Notes: generated from the letters alone by a model not told the origin. Positions 52,925-63,640 are shown, counted from the stretch's first letter. The stretch: DNA of 64,000 nt from Gammaproteobacteria bacterium (GCA_028817225.1 JAPPQC010000047.1:9284-73283), one strand, 5' to 3'. Program-made: numbers and translations.

Positions 52925-55213
52925 TCAATCCCAGTAGCGCCGTGTCTGGTCGCGGTGGGCGGTGATGCTGAGGCCGGATGACGGCGAGAAATGCAGCGTC
53001 AGCGCGCCGGTGTCCGCCGTATTCAGCACGCGGATGCCGCGGTCGCGGTAGCGTTGGATGATGTCGGCCTTCGGCAGGCCGAACGAGTTGCGGTAGCCCG
53101 AAGTCACGACCGCGAGGCGCGGCGACACCTTGTCAATGAACGCCGGCGCCGACGAGGTGCGGCTGCCGTGGTGCGGCACCAGCATGACCTCGCCGGCGAC
53201 GCGCCCGTCGGTCAGCAGCGCGCGCTCCGCCGCCTTCTCAATGTCCGCCGTCAGCAGCAGCGAACGCCCGCCGGCGGTAATCTTCAGCACGCACGAGGCG
53301 TTGTTGCCGGCGTAGCGCAGCGCCGCCGGGTGCAGCACTTCAAAGCGCACGCCGTCCCAGGTCCAGCGCTGCCCGTCGCGGCACGCCTCAAAGCGCCGCC
53401 CCGCCGCCTCAAACGGTTCGCCGCCGAGCAACCGCCGCGCACCGACATGACGCAGCACACCGTCGGCGCCGCCGGCGTGGTCGTTGTCGGTGTGCGACAC
53501 CATCAGCGCGTCCAGGTTGGCCACGCCGCGCGACCGCAGATAAGGCGCCACCACCGCCTCGCCGGTGCTGAACGACGGCCACGCCGGGCCGGTGTCGTAC
53601 AGCAATGTATGGTGGCGAGTTGCGATGAACACCGACAAACCCTGCCCGACATCAAGAAACACCGCCTCAAAATCGCCGTGCGCCGGCGGCGGCGACGCCT
53701 GGTTCAGCAGCGGCAGCAGAAAAACCAGCGCCAGCGGTTTCAGCCGCGCGCGCGCCAGCGCCAGCAGCGCGACCCCCGTCGCCGCTGACAGCAGCGCCCA
53801 GGCCGGCGGGCGGTGAAACCACTCGGCGCCGTCAAACGCGGCCAGCCATGCGCCGACGCGCCAGAACGCCTCGAACAGCGCGTCGGTGCAGCGCAGCAGA
53901 AACGCCGCCGGCACATCGCCGAACGCGGCGAAGACGGTGGACAGCAGCGACGCCGGCAGCACCAGAAAACTCACCAGCGGCACCGCCGCCAGGTTGGCGA
54001 GCGGCGCAATCAGCGAGCCGCGCGAGAAAAACAGCAGGGCCGGCAATATCATCGCAAGCGACAAACCCGCCTGCATTCCCACCCACTGCCGCCAGTCCGG
54101 CGCGCGCGTGTAAGATGTCACAAACAGCACGATGAAGGCGACCGCAGTGAACGACATCCAGAACGACACCGACAGACTGGCGAACGGATCCCACAGCAGC
54201 ACCGCGAGCAGCGACGCCGACAGCGCCTGCGCCAGCGTCAGCCGCCGCCTTTGCAGCGTGCCGAAGACAAAGCACAGCAGCATCACCAGCGCGCGCTGCG
54301 TCGGCAGCGAGAACCCGGCCAACAGCGCGTAACCGAAGGCGAACGGCAGCGCCGCAACGGACGCCGCGCACCGCGGCGGCCAGCGCAGGCACGCCGCGGG
54401 AAGCCGCGACCACAGCGCGCGCAGCGCGAGAAAAAACAGGCCGAACACCAAGCCGATGTGCAACCCCGACACCGCGAACAAATGCCGGGTGCCGGTCGCG
54501 GCCAGCACGCGGCTGTGTTCGGGCGCGAGCGACCGGCTGAAGCCGAGCGACAGCGCGGCGACGGAATCCAGATGGGCGGCGTCGCCACGGTGCGCGCGCA
54601 GTTTGTCCAGCAAGTGCTGGCGCCAGACCAGCGGCGACCAACCCGAACCGCCGCCGGTTTTCTCCCAGTCCCGCGCGTAACCGGTGGCGCCGATGCCGCG
54701 CATGAAAAGCCATTTGCCGTAATCAAAGGCGCCGGGGTTGGCGTAACCGCGCGGGCGCTTCAGGCGCGCGCGCATTTGCAGACGGTCGCCGGCGCGCACC
54801 CGCGCATGGTCGCCGTACAATTTGACGCGCACCTTGCGCGGCACACGCGCGCCACCGGCACCGCCGACCCGCTCCACATCCAGATCAAGAACCGAATAGC
54901 GCCCGCGTTCAAGCGGTATCGTCGCGACGCGCCCGGCGATGTGCAGCGTTTCGCCCTCCAGTTCGGGCGCCAGCACCGCGCCGAGGCGGTCGTGCGCAGC
55001 CAGCAGCGCGCACAGAAAACCGGCGCCGAAGGCGCCCGCCGCCAGCGCCCACGGGCGGCGCGACGCCAGCCCGGCCAGCGCCGCCGCCGCCGGCAGCGCC
55101 GACACCAGCGGCGGCAGTTGCGCGAAGCCGTGCAGCGCGAGGTTGCCCGCGAGAAACAGCAGCGCGACAAAATGTATCGCGGCAATCATCTGGAAGTTTG
55201 CGTTCAATTTCAT
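52925..55213 (-). CDS. comEC: DNA internalization-related competence protein ComEC/Rec2
   Basis: A polytopic N-terminal domain plus a C-terminal metallo-beta-lactamase domain (VSHTDNDHAGG). The start is uncertain: Met at 55258, 55222 or 55213. 55213 is chosen to leave space before the divergent DUF2062 gene. Confidence 0.85.
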   Translation of the reverse strand: MKLNANFQMIAAIHFVALLFLAGNLALHGFAQLPPLVSALPAAAALAGLASRRPWALAAGAFGAGFLCALLAAHDRLGAVLAPELEGETLHIAGRVATIPLERGRYSVLDLDVERVGGAGGARVPRKVRVKLYGDHARVRAGDRLQMRARLKRPRGYANPGAFDYGKWLFMRGIGATGYARDWEKTGGGSGWSPLVWRQHLLDKLRAHRGDAAHLDSVAALSLGFSRSLAPEHSRVLAATGTRHLFAVSGLHIGLVFGLFFLALRALWSRLPAACLRWPPRCAASVAALPFAFGYALLAGFSLPTQRALVMLLCFVFGTLQRRRLTLAQALSASLLAVLLWDPFASLSVSFWMSFTAVAFIVLFVTSYTRAPDWRQWVGMQAGLSLAMILPALLFFSRGSLIAPLANLAAVPLVSFLVLPASLLSTVFAAFGDVPAAFLLRCTDALFEAFWRVGAWLAAFDGAEWFHRPPAWALLSAATGVALLALARARLKPLALVFLLPLLNQASPPPAHGDFEAVFLDVGQGLSVFIATRHHTLLYDTGPAWPSFSTGEAVVAPYLRSRGVANLDALMVSHTDNDHAGGADGVLRHVGARRLLGGEPFEAAGRRFEACRDGQRWTWDGVRFEVLHPAALRYAGNNASCVLKITAGGRSLLLTADIEKAAERALLTDGRVAGEVMLVPHHGSRTSSAPAFIDKVSPRLAVVTSGYRNSFGLPKADIIQRYRDRGIRVLNTADTGALTLHFSPSSGLSITAHRDQTRRYWD

Positions 55214-55260
55214 TACAATCATGCGCCGCCGCAAAACCGCGCGACGCCGGAAAAACAACG

Positions 55261-55773
55261 ATGCCCAGAAAATGGATCAAACGACTGTTCCCCCATGTCG
55301 GGGTGCGCAAGCACCCCCGCCTGAGCATGCTCGGCAGTTGGCTCGACAAGGAGAACCTCTGGCATATCAACCGCCGATCCGTCGCCACCGCTTTCGCAAT
55401 CGGCAGTTTCTGCGCGTTCATTCCGGTGCCTTTCCAGATGCTGATTGCGGCGCTCGCCGCCGTCGTGCTGCGCGGAAACATGGCCATCTCGGTGCTGTTA
55501 GTGTGGATCACAAATCCGCTGACAATGGGGCCGATCTTCTATATGTGCTACAAAATCGGACAAACGGTACTGGGAACCTCGTTTGTCCCGTTTGAATACG
55601 AGATCAGCCTGGCGTGGCTGACGACCGGGCTGGCCCAGGTGTGGCAGCCGCTGCTACTCGGCTGCCTGCTGGCCGCCTCCACCGGCGCGGCGGTCAGTTA
55701 CACGCTGGTGCGCCTGCTGTGGCGCCTGCAAATCATCTCGCAGAAGCAGAAAAGACGGCCACCGGCCCGCTAA
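55261..55773 (+). CDS. DUF2062-family inner-membrane protein
   Basis: MPRKWIKRLFP...RSVATAFAIGSFCAFIPVPFQMLIAALAAVVLRGNMAISVLLVWITNPLTMGPIFY matches the DUF2062 signature. Confidence 0.7.
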   Translation: MPRKWIKRLFPHVGVRKHPRLSMLGSWLDKENLWHINRRSVATAFAIGSFCAFIPVPFQMLIAALAAVVLRGNMAISVLLVWITNPLTMGPIFYMCYKIGQTVLGTSFVPFEYEISLAWLTTGLAQVWQPLLLGCLLAASTGAAVSYTLVRLLWRLQIISQKQKRRPPAR

Positions 55774-56897
55774 CGCCGGAAAAACGCCGGCAACGCACGC
55801 GCCCCGCTCCGCACCATCTCGCCGGCCCGTTTCCTGACATACCGCGACCAGGCCGCATCCTGCGGCGAGCGGTTCTTCTGAAGATAAAGCGTCAGCAGCC
55901 TGAAGGCGCTTTTCATATCGGCAAGGAATGCTCCGTGTCTGACAAAATCACCTTCGGCGATTCTGAGGGCAAGCAGGTGTTTCTTCCACTTGTCAACAGG
56001 CTCGTCCATCGGCGGGCACGATTCGCCTTTTATCAAAAGGTCCACCCGCGCCAGGTGTTCCGGCGTGCAAGGCAGCGGCAGATGGACGCCCAGATAATAT
56101 CCCGACCTCAGCCGGGACGGGTCATGCGTCAACTGAAAATCCTTGCTGATGAAACGCTCCGCCGCCGCCCACTGTCTCCAGCGCCAACACCACAGCAGGC
56201 CATGCCTCCGCGGCAGGTCATGCCTCGGACACCTTTTCTGCGCCACCAGAAGCCGGAAAACAGACTGCTTCCGGTAACCCTTGATTTTGGCGGTGGTGTA
56301 GATTTCTTCACCGTGCCACAAAGCCCCAACAAGCACTTCCATCGTGTACCAAGGCTGAACTTCACGCGCACTCCGCCCCCAGTCATCGGACAACGCCAGG
56401 ACTTCTTTCATCAGGCTGCCGCGAGCGACATGGTAAAAAGCAAGCAACCGGTCAACATCCGCGGGCGCCAAATCCGAAGGCGCCGGAATTCCTTTTCCGG
56501 CTGCGCCGGCCCGGCGCATGCAATCCGGCCGGTGGTTGTAATACAGGGCGTGAAGATGAACCCATTCATCTTCGGGAATGTGCTCCAGTTGTCCGACAAA
56601 ATAATCCGCCGACAACGGCAGCATGTCCATGTCGGCGGTAATCACCACATCGTCCGGATAAAGCGACGCCCCCCAGAACCGCGCCCAGGTGTACTGCACC
56701 GAAACCGCGACATCGTCCAGCAACTCCAGTTCGTGCACGATGCCGTCGGCGGGCGGCGGCTTGACGGTGTCCGAATCCCGGATGAAAAACAGCACCGGCG
56801 TAATCCCCAGCCTTCGCCACGCCCGCGCCACCGCCGGCCACCAGCCGAGATAGCCCATCTCGCTGTTGCAGCTCAGCAGGGCATAGCGGATTTTCAT
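55770..56897 (-). CDS. Hypothetical protein, possibly a GT-B-like transferase (unassigned family)
   Basis: A 375-aa ORF with visibly lower GC (~50-58%) than the neighbouring lolD and comEC. Its N-terminal Gly-containing loop YALLSCNSEMGYLGWWPAVARAW is reminiscent of GT-B nucleotide-sugar transferases (LpxB/ELM1-like pattern), and it has a Trp-rich basic C-terminus. I do not recognise the family. It is convergent with, and overlaps, the DUF2062 gene by 4 bp. Confidence 0.4.
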   Translation of the reverse strand: MKIRYALLSCNSEMGYLGWWPAVARAWRRLGITPVLFFIRDSDTVKPPPADGIVHELELLDDVAVSVQYTWARFWGASLYPDDVVITADMDMLPLSADYFVGQLEHIPEDEWVHLHALYYNHRPDCMRRAGAAGKGIPAPSDLAPADVDRLLAFYHVARGSLMKEVLALSDDWGRSAREVQPWYTMEVLVGALWHGEEIYTTAKIKGYRKQSVFRLLVAQKRCPRHDLPRRHGLLWCWRWRQWAAAERFISKDFQLTHDPSRLRSGYYLGVHLPLPCTPEHLARVDLLIKGESCPPMDEPVDKWKKHLLALRIAEGDFVRHGAFLADMKSAFRLLTLYLQKNRSPQDAAWSRYVRKRAGEMVRSGARALPAFFRR

Positions 56898-56922
56898 GTC
56901 GGCAACGGCGGGTTTCGGGTGA

Positions 56923-57602
<680 letters not shown>

Positions 57603-57606
<4 letters not shown>

Positions 57607-58847
57607 GACTCTCCGAGCACCTCGGCGGGGCGGATGCGCGCCGCGCGCCACGCCGGGTAAATCGTCGCCAGCACCGTCAGCACGAAGGTCAGCCCGGCGA
57701 CGAGGACGACATCCGACGCCAGCAGCCGCGACGGCACCTCGGTGATCGGGTACACATCGGGCGACAGAAACCGGAAGCCGGTGGCGCGCTCGATGGCGGC
57801 GACCAGCCGCTCGAGATGGCTCGCCAGCGCGACGCCGCCGGCGACGCCGAGCGCATTGCCGGCGAGGCCGATCAAGCACCCCTTGACGATGAAAATCTTC
57901 ATGATGCGCCGCGGCGCCATGCCCATCGTCTTCAGGATGGCGATGTCGGCGCGCTTCTCGATGACGACCATGACCAGCATCGAGATGATGTTGAAGGCGG
58001 CGACGGCGATGATCAGCGTCATCACAATCAGCATCAGCAGTTTCTCCAGTTCAATCGCGCGAAAGAAATTGCTGTGGCTGCGCGTCCAGTCCACGACGCC
58101 GTATTCGGGCGACAGCAGCAGGTTCAGCCGCCGCGTGATGCGCGGCGCCTCGAACAGGTCGTTGAGGCGCAGGCGAACGCCGCTGACGGCGCCGTCCAGG
58201 CGCATCAATTTGCGCGCGTCCTCCAGGTGCAGCAGCGCGATGCTGCGGTCAAATTGCGACAGGCCCGACTTGAAGGTGCCGGCGACGGTGAAGCGCCTCA
58301 TGCGCGGGATGATGCCGGCGGGCGTCACCGAGGTCTGCGGGCTGACGACGGTGACGCGGTCGCCGGGCGCGACGCGCAGGTGGTTTGCCAGCGCGTGGCC
58401 GAGTATCGCGTTGAAGGCGCCGGCCTTAAGCAGTTCCAGCGAACCCGACTCCATGTGCCCGGCGACATTCGACACCCGCGCCTCCAGTTCCGGCAGCACG
58501 CCGTGCATGTAGGCGCCGCTGACGCGGTCGCCGTTCATCAGCATGCCCTGCATGTCAATCAGCGGCGCCGCGGCGACGACATCGCCGTCGCTTTCCAGTT
58601 CGTCCTTCAGCGTTCGCCAGTCGTCAATGCCGGCGCCGGCGCCGACCAGCGTCGCGTGCGAGACCATGTCGAGCATGCGCTCGCGTATCTCCTCCTTGAA
58701 GCCGTTCATGATGGACAGCACGGTGATGATGACGGTGGCGCCGATGGCGATGCCGAGCACCGAAATCAGCGACACGAACGAGATGAAATGATTCTGCTTT
58801 TTGCCGCGCGTGTAGCGCCAGCCAATCCGGTATTCGATTGCGGGCAC
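57603..58847 (-). CDS. lolC: Lipoprotein-releasing system transmembrane permease (LolC/E)
   Basis: MPAIEYRIGWRYTRGKKQNHFISFVSLISVLGIAIGATVIITVLSIMNGF and a MacB-like FtsX permease fold, 414 aa. Confidence 0.9.
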
Positions 58848-58850
58848 GCG

Positions 58851-60092
58851 CTACTCCCCGACGACATCGCCGATGTGCACCTCGACGGCGTCGCCGGCGC
58901 CCGGCCCGAGCGCGCTTTCGCCGATGAAGTCGCCGGCCTGCGCCGCCGCCCGCCCCGACTTCGACACGCGCGCGACGACGCGCAGCGAATCAAAGTCATC
59001 GAGCGTCATCGCCGGCGTCATTGCGTTCTCCCTGCCGAGGTACGCCTCAAGCGGCAGGTCGGCGGCGCGGAAACGCCGGATGGCCAGCGGCATCGGCAGC
59101 CCCGAAGCGGCCTTGGCATAGACGAACACCGTGTCGTCGGGCGCCGTCCGTTCCAGCAGTTCAGGCGCAATCGAGACCAGCACAGCGATGCGGCGCCCGC
59201 CGCCGTCCGGCGCGGGCCGCGCGTCGCCGCCGGGCGCGGCGTCGGCGGGCGCGGCGGCGCCGTCGCCGCCTTCCATCCGGCTGCGCGCCGCGGCGATTTG
59301 CTCGCCGATGGCGTCGCGCACGCCGTCGTTGTCTTCAATGCCGCTTTGCAGGCGGCTCCAGTGGCGAATCGCCTGCGCGTAGTCTTCGGCCTGGAAGTTG
59401 GCCATGCCGAGCAGCCACAGGCCCTTTTCATTGTCCGGGTCGGTGGCCAGCGCCTGCTCCAGCAGCGCCACCGTGTCGGCGCTGAAACGCCCGCCGGCGC
59501 CGAGGAACAGCGCCTCGGCGTAATCCACCTTCAGCCAGTCGTCCAGTTCAATGTGCTTCGCCGCCTCGCGGTAGGCGTTCGCCGCCTGCGCGTATTCGCC
59601 GAGCATCTTGCTCGACTCCGCCAGCAGCACCCAGCCGGCGGCGTCTTCCGGCGCATCGCCGAGTTCGCCCGCAAGGCGCTCCACCATCTGCTCAAATTCC
59701 TGCTGCGGCGGCGGCCCGGCGACCCCTTCCGGGTAGCCGCTCGACCACAGCAGATACAAACCGGCGCTCGCGCCGACGACAAAAAGCGACAACACCGCCG
59801 CACTCGCGCGCCGCCAGCGCCAGTCCGCCGCGGCATTGTCTTCGCCGACATCACCCTCATTGGCGCTCTCCAAATCACGGCGCACGCTTTCATAGTCGGA
59901 TGAATCCAGCAAGCCGCTTTCCACATCGCGGCGCAACTCCTCCAGTTGCGCCGACAGCACCGTGGCGCCGGCGTCGTCCCTGTCGGCGGCGTCGCGCGCG
60001 GCGCGCGCGCGCGCCAGCAGCGGCCACGCCAGCCACAGCAGCGCAATCGCCCACAGCAGCGCGACACCAATCCAGAACAGCGTCAGCAGCAC
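58851..60092 (-). CDS. ccmI: Cytochrome c-type biogenesis protein CcmI (CycH), TPR-containing
   Basis: Two N-terminal TM helices and TPR repeats. It is the last gene of the ccm operon. Confidence 0.8.
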   Translation of the reverse strand: MLLTLFWIGVALLWAIALLWLAWPLLARARAARDAADRDDAGATVLSAQLEELRRDVESGLLDSSDYESVRRDLESANEGDVGEDNAAADWRWRRASAAVLSLFVVGASAGLYLLWSSGYPEGVAGPPPQQEFEQMVERLAGELGDAPEDAAGWVLLAESSKMLGEYAQAANAYREAAKHIELDDWLKVDYAEALFLGAGGRFSADTVALLEQALATDPDNEKGLWLLGMANFQAEDYAQAIRHWSRLQSGIEDNDGVRDAIGEQIAAARSRMEGGDGAAAPADAAPGGDARPAPDGGGRRIAVLVSIAPELLERTAPDDTVFVYAKAASGLPMPLAIRRFRAADLPLEAYLGRENAMTPAMTLDDFDSLRVVARVSKSGRAAAQAGDFIGESALGPGAGDAVEVHIGDVVGE

Positions 60093-60098
60093 CGCGCC

Positions 60099-60494
60099 CT
60101 ACTCCGGTTCGCCGTCCGAACGCCGCCGGTGCACCACCTGCCACCGGAACAGCCAGAACAGCCCGCCCGCCAGCAGCGCCGCAGGCGCCAGCCACAACAG
60201 CCAGGTCGCCGGCCTGAAACGCGGCCTGAAAAGGACGAAATCGCCGTAGCGCGCGGTCATGAAGTCCACAATCTCGCGGTTGCTCTTGCCGTCGGCGACC
60301 ATCGCGCGCACTTCGTCGCGCAAGTCACCGGCGAGTTCGGCGCTGGAATCCGACAGCGACTGGTTCTGACACACCAGGCAGCGCAACTCTTTCAGCAATT
60401 CGTAATAGCGCCGCTCCTGCTCAACGGACGCAAACGGCTCGGCGCCGGCCACCGCCAGCGACAGCAACACCGCATGAAACAACGCCGCCGTCAT
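60099..60494 (-). CDS. ccmH: Cytochrome c-type biogenesis protein CcmH (CycL)
   Basis: LRCLVCQNQSL motif and a C-terminal TM helix. The start is taken as the internal Met MTAALFHAV. Confidence 0.88.
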   Translation of the reverse strand: MTAALFHAVLLSLAVAGAEPFASVEQERRYYELLKELRCLVCQNQSLSDSSAELAGDLRDEVRAMVADGKSNREIVDFMTARYGDFVLFRPRFRPATWLLWLAPAALLAGGLFWLFRWQVVHRRRSDGEPE

Positions 60495-60575
60495 CGCACC
60501 CGCCCGGCGGCGGCCACCACCGGCGACAACAGCACCGCATGAATCAACGCCACCATCACTGCATCCGCCCGGCGC
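60459..60575. repeat. Tandem duplication (~52-bp unit, 65-bp period) of the ccmG-stop/ccmH-start junction
   Basis: Copy A is cgacagcaacaccgcatgaaacaacgccgccgtcatcgcacccgcccggcgg and copy B is cgacaacagcaccgcatgaatcaacgccaccatcactgcatccgcccggcgc. Copy B carries the ccmG stop and copy A carries the ccmH start. Between them lies a 21-codon pseudo-start ORF (MVALIHAVLLSPVVAAAGRVR*) whose TGA overlaps the ccmH ATG. Confidence 0.75.
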
Positions 60576-61089
60576 CCAAATCCGCCAGCAGCGGCAGCAG
60601 CACCTGCTCCACATCGTCATCATCCAGCGGGCCGATGTGCTTGTAGCGGATGACGCCTTCGCCGTCTATCACAAAGGTTTCGGGCACGCCATAGACGCCC
60701 CAGTCCAGGCCGATGCGCCCGTCGCCGTCAAACACGCTGAACAGGTACGGGTCGCCCAGCCGCCCAAGCCAGGCGACGGCGTCCTCGCGCCGGTCCTTGT
60801 AGTTCATGCCGTAAATCGGCACGCGCAAATCGTTGGCAAGCGCCAGCAGCACCGGGTGTTCATGATGACAGGCGACGCACCAACTGGCCCAGACATTGAC
60901 CAGCGCAGGCCCCGGCAACTGCCGGTCGCCGACGACGCGCTCGGGCGCATGCACGGTGGCGGCGGTGAACGGCGGCATCGGCTTGCCGACCAGCGGCGAC
61001 GGCACGCTCGTCGGGTCAAGGCGCAGCCCCGCCGCCAGCAGCGCGACCAGCAGCGCGAAGACGACGACAATCCAGGCGTGGCGGTTCAT
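60556..61089 (-). CDS. ccmG: Thiol:disulfide interchange protein CcmG/DsbE
   Basis: An N-terminal anchor, the WASWCVAC active site and a thioredoxin fold. Confidence 0.93.
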   Translation of the reverse strand: MNRHAWIVVVFALLVALLAAGLRLDPTSVPSPLVGKPMPPFTAATVHAPERVVGDRQLPGPALVNVWASWCVACHHEHPVLLALANDLRVPIYGMNYKDRREDAVAWLGRLGDPYLFSVFDGDGRIGLDWGVYGVPETFVIDGEGVIRYKHIGPLDDDDVEQVLLPLLADLGAGRMQ

Positions 61090-63041
61090 GCCGCGCCGCC
61101 CGCGCGCGCCGCGCGGCGCGCGACGCGGTATCGCGCATCCGACGCCGACAGCACGCCGCCCAGCGCCATCAGCAGCGCGCCGAGCCAGATCCAGCGTATC
61201 AGCGGCTTGTAATAGACGCGCACCTCGCGGCGCCCGTCCGCTATCGCCTCGCCCATCGCCACATACAAATCGCGCAGCGGCGACGCATCCACCGCGGCCT
61301 CGGTCATCGCGTCGCTCTGCACGCGGTAGGTGCGCCTTTCCGGGTGCAGCACCGCGACCGCCTCGCCGTCGCGAAACACGCCGACGCGCCCTTCCTTTGA
61401 CAGGTAATTGGGGCCTTCCCTGTCGGCCACGCCCTCAAACACGAATTGGTAACCGGCGAGTTCAACCGACTGCCCGTCTTGCAGATGCACCATCTTCTCC
61501 TCGCTGTATGCACTGCTGAATGTGACGCCGAAGATGAACAGCGCGAGGCCGAGATGGGCGGTGCTCATGCCGTAAAACGACAGCGGCAGCGCGCGCAGCC
61601 CGCCGCGCGGCCCGTCGCGGCGCAGCCGCCGCCCGAGGTTCAGCGCCGTCGTCAGCAGCACCCACGAACCGGCGGCGGCGCCGATGAAAACGCCGGGCGA
61701 CACGCCGTCGCCGAACACCGCCGCCAGCACCAGCGCGGCGACAAGCGCCGCCGCCAGCGGCGCGCGCAGCCGCCGCAACAGCGGCTGCGGCGACGAACGC
61801 TTCCACTGCACCGCCGGGCCGACGCCCGCCGCCAGCGCCGCCAGCAGCATCAGCGGCACGAACACCGCCGAGAAATACGGCGCGCCGACCGAAATCTTGT
61901 CGAGGCCGATCGCATCAAGCGCCAGCGGGTAAAGCGTGCCGATCAATATCGAGAACATCGTAACCAGCAGAATCACATTGTTGACCAGCAGCAGGTTCTC
62001 GCGCGACAGAAAATCAAACACGCCGGTGCTGCGGATGCGCGGCGCGCGCCACGCATACAGCGCCAGCGAGCCGCCGACGGCGACGACCAGAAACAGCAGG
62101 ATGAAGACGCCGCGCTCCGGGTCGGACGCGAAGGCGTGCACCGACACCAGCACGCCGGAGCGCACCAGAAAGGTGCCGAGCAAACTCAGCGAAAACGCCA
62201 GTATCGCCAGCAGCACGGTCCAGCCCTTGAAGGCGTTGCGCTTCTCGGTAACCGCCAGCGAATGCAGCAGCGCGGTGCCGACCAGCCACGGCATGAACGA
62301 CGCATTCTCGACCGGGTCCCAGAACCACCAGCCGCCCCACCCCAGTTCATGGTAGGCCCACCAACTGCCGAGCGTGATGCCGATGGTCAGAAACACCCAC
62401 GCCGCCAGCACCCACGGCCTGGACCAGCGCGCCCAGCGCCCGTCAAGGCGCCCGTCGAGCAGCGCCGACACCGCGAACGCAAACGCCACCGAGAAACCGA
62501 CATAACCCATGTACAGCATCGGCGGATGAATCGTCAGCCCCGGGTCTTGCAGCAGCGGGTTCAGGTCGCGCCCGGCCGTTGCCGCCGGAAACAGCCGCTC
62601 AAACGGGTTGGATGTCGCCAGCGTGAACAGCATGAAGCCCGCCGCCACCAGCCCCATCACCGCCAGCACCCGCGCCAGGAAAACCTCGGTGAGGCCGCGG
62701 TTGAACAGCGTAACCGCGAAAGTCCACGCGCCGAGTATCAGTATCCACAGCAGCAGCGAGCCTTCGTGCGCGCCCCACACCGCGGCCAGTTTGTAATAGG
62801 TGGGCAGCGCGGCGCTGGAGTGTTCGGCGATGTAGCGCACCGAGAAGTCGTCTTTCAGAAAGGCGGCGCTGAGCGCGGCGTACGACAGCACCAGCAGCAG
62901 GAACTGCAAACGCGCCGCCGGCACCGCCAGCCGGAACAGCGGCGCGACGCCGAAGTGCGCGCCCGCCAGCGGCAGCGTGCCCTGCACGGCGGCGACGACA
63001 AACGCCAGCACCAGCGCGAAATGGCCGAGTTCTACTATCAC
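61086..63041 (-). CDS. ccmF: Cytochrome c-type biogenesis protein CcmF (heme lyase subunit)
   Basis: 651 aa, polytopic, with a WWD-domain-containing CcmF signature. Confidence 0.95.
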   Translation of the reverse strand: MIVELGHFALVLAFVVAAVQGTLPLAGAHFGVAPLFRLAVPAARLQFLLLVLSYAALSAAFLKDDFSVRYIAEHSSAALPTYYKLAAVWGAHEGSLLLWILILGAWTFAVTLFNRGLTEVFLARVLAVMGLVAAGFMLFTLATSNPFERLFPAATAGRDLNPLLQDPGLTIHPPMLYMGYVGFSVAFAFAVSALLDGRLDGRWARWSRPWVLAAWVFLTIGITLGSWWAYHELGWGGWWFWDPVENASFMPWLVGTALLHSLAVTEKRNAFKGWTVLLAILAFSLSLLGTFLVRSGVLVSVHAFASDPERGVFILLFLVVAVGGSLALYAWRAPRIRSTGVFDFLSRENLLLVNNVILLVTMFSILIGTLYPLALDAIGLDKISVGAPYFSAVFVPLMLLAALAAGVGPAVQWKRSSPQPLLRRLRAPLAAALVAALVLAAVFGDGVSPGVFIGAAAGSWVLLTTALNLGRRLRRDGPRGGLRALPLSFYGMSTAHLGLALFIFGVTFSSAYSEEKMVHLQDGQSVELAGYQFVFEGVADREGPNYLSKEGRVGVFRDGEAVAVLHPERRTYRVQSDAMTEAAVDASPLRDLYVAMGEAIADGRREVRVYYKPLIRWIWLGALLMALGGVLSASDARYRVARRAARAGGAA

Positions 63042-63490
63042 TGCGCGTCGCCGGCGGTCGGCCTGGCGATGCCGACCGGCTGCTGGCCGAGGGATTCGGC
63101 GATGCCGGGCGGCATGTAATTCTCGTCGTGCTTGGCAAGCACCGTGTCGGCGGCGAACACGCCGTCTTCGCGCAACCGCCCGGTGGCGACGGCGCCCTGG
63201 CCGTCGCCGAACAGGTCGGGCAGCAGGCCGTGATAGACCACGCGGGTGATTGAGTGGTTGTCGGTCAGTTCAAACTGCACGCGCTCGCCGCGGCGGACGC
63301 TGCCGGGCACGACCATGCCGCCGAGGTTGAAGGTTCTGCCCGCAGGCGGCGCCTCCTCCGCGACCTGCGTCGGCGTGTAGAAATACAGCAGGTTCTTTTC
63401 AAACGAGTACAGCACCAGCGCGGCGGCGGCGGCAAAGCCGACCAGCAGGATGACGACAAACGCCAGGCGTTGTTTGCGCCGCGGCGTCAT
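63038..63490 (-). CDS. ccmE: Cytochrome c-type biogenesis heme chaperone CcmE
   Basis: MTPRRKQRLAFVVILLVGFAAAAALVLYSF... plus an OB-fold with the heme-binding His region (LAKHDENYMP). The start is taken as the internal Met. Confidence 0.9.
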   Translation of the reverse strand: MTPRRKQRLAFVVILLVGFAAAAALVLYSFEKNLLYFYTPTQVAEEAPPAGRTFNLGGMVVPGSVRRGERVQFELTDNHSITRVVYHGLLPDLFGDGQGAVATGRLREDGVFAADTVLAKHDENYMPPGIAESLGQQPVGIARPTAGDAQ

Positions 63491-63621
63491 CGCCCGCCCT
63501 CGTTGGCGGCGCTGCGGCGCAGCAGCCGGCGGTGGCGCATCACCGGCAGGCACAGGTTGGCCGCCAGCACCGCAAGGCCGAGCAGATACGAAGGCCACAC
63601 AAACCATCCGTAGCCGCCCAT
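63487..63621 (-). CDS. ccmD: Heme exporter protein D (CcmD)
   Basis: 44 aa: MGGYGWFVWPSYLLGLAVLAANLCLPVMRHRRLLRRSAANEGGR. It is a typical CcmD, sitting between ccmC and ccmE. Confidence 0.8.
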   Translation of the reverse strand: MGGYGWFVWPSYLLGLAVLAANLCLPVMRHRRLLRRSAANEGGR

Positions 63622-63640
63622 CGCCAGCCAGTCGAGCAAG

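Noticed and set aside
55198-55260. Longer DUF2062 start (MRSISLQSCAAAKPRDAGKTT...) overlapping comEC
   Set aside because: The N-terminal 21 residues are non-conserved and would overlap the divergent comEC start. MPRKWIKRLFP matches the family N-terminus better.
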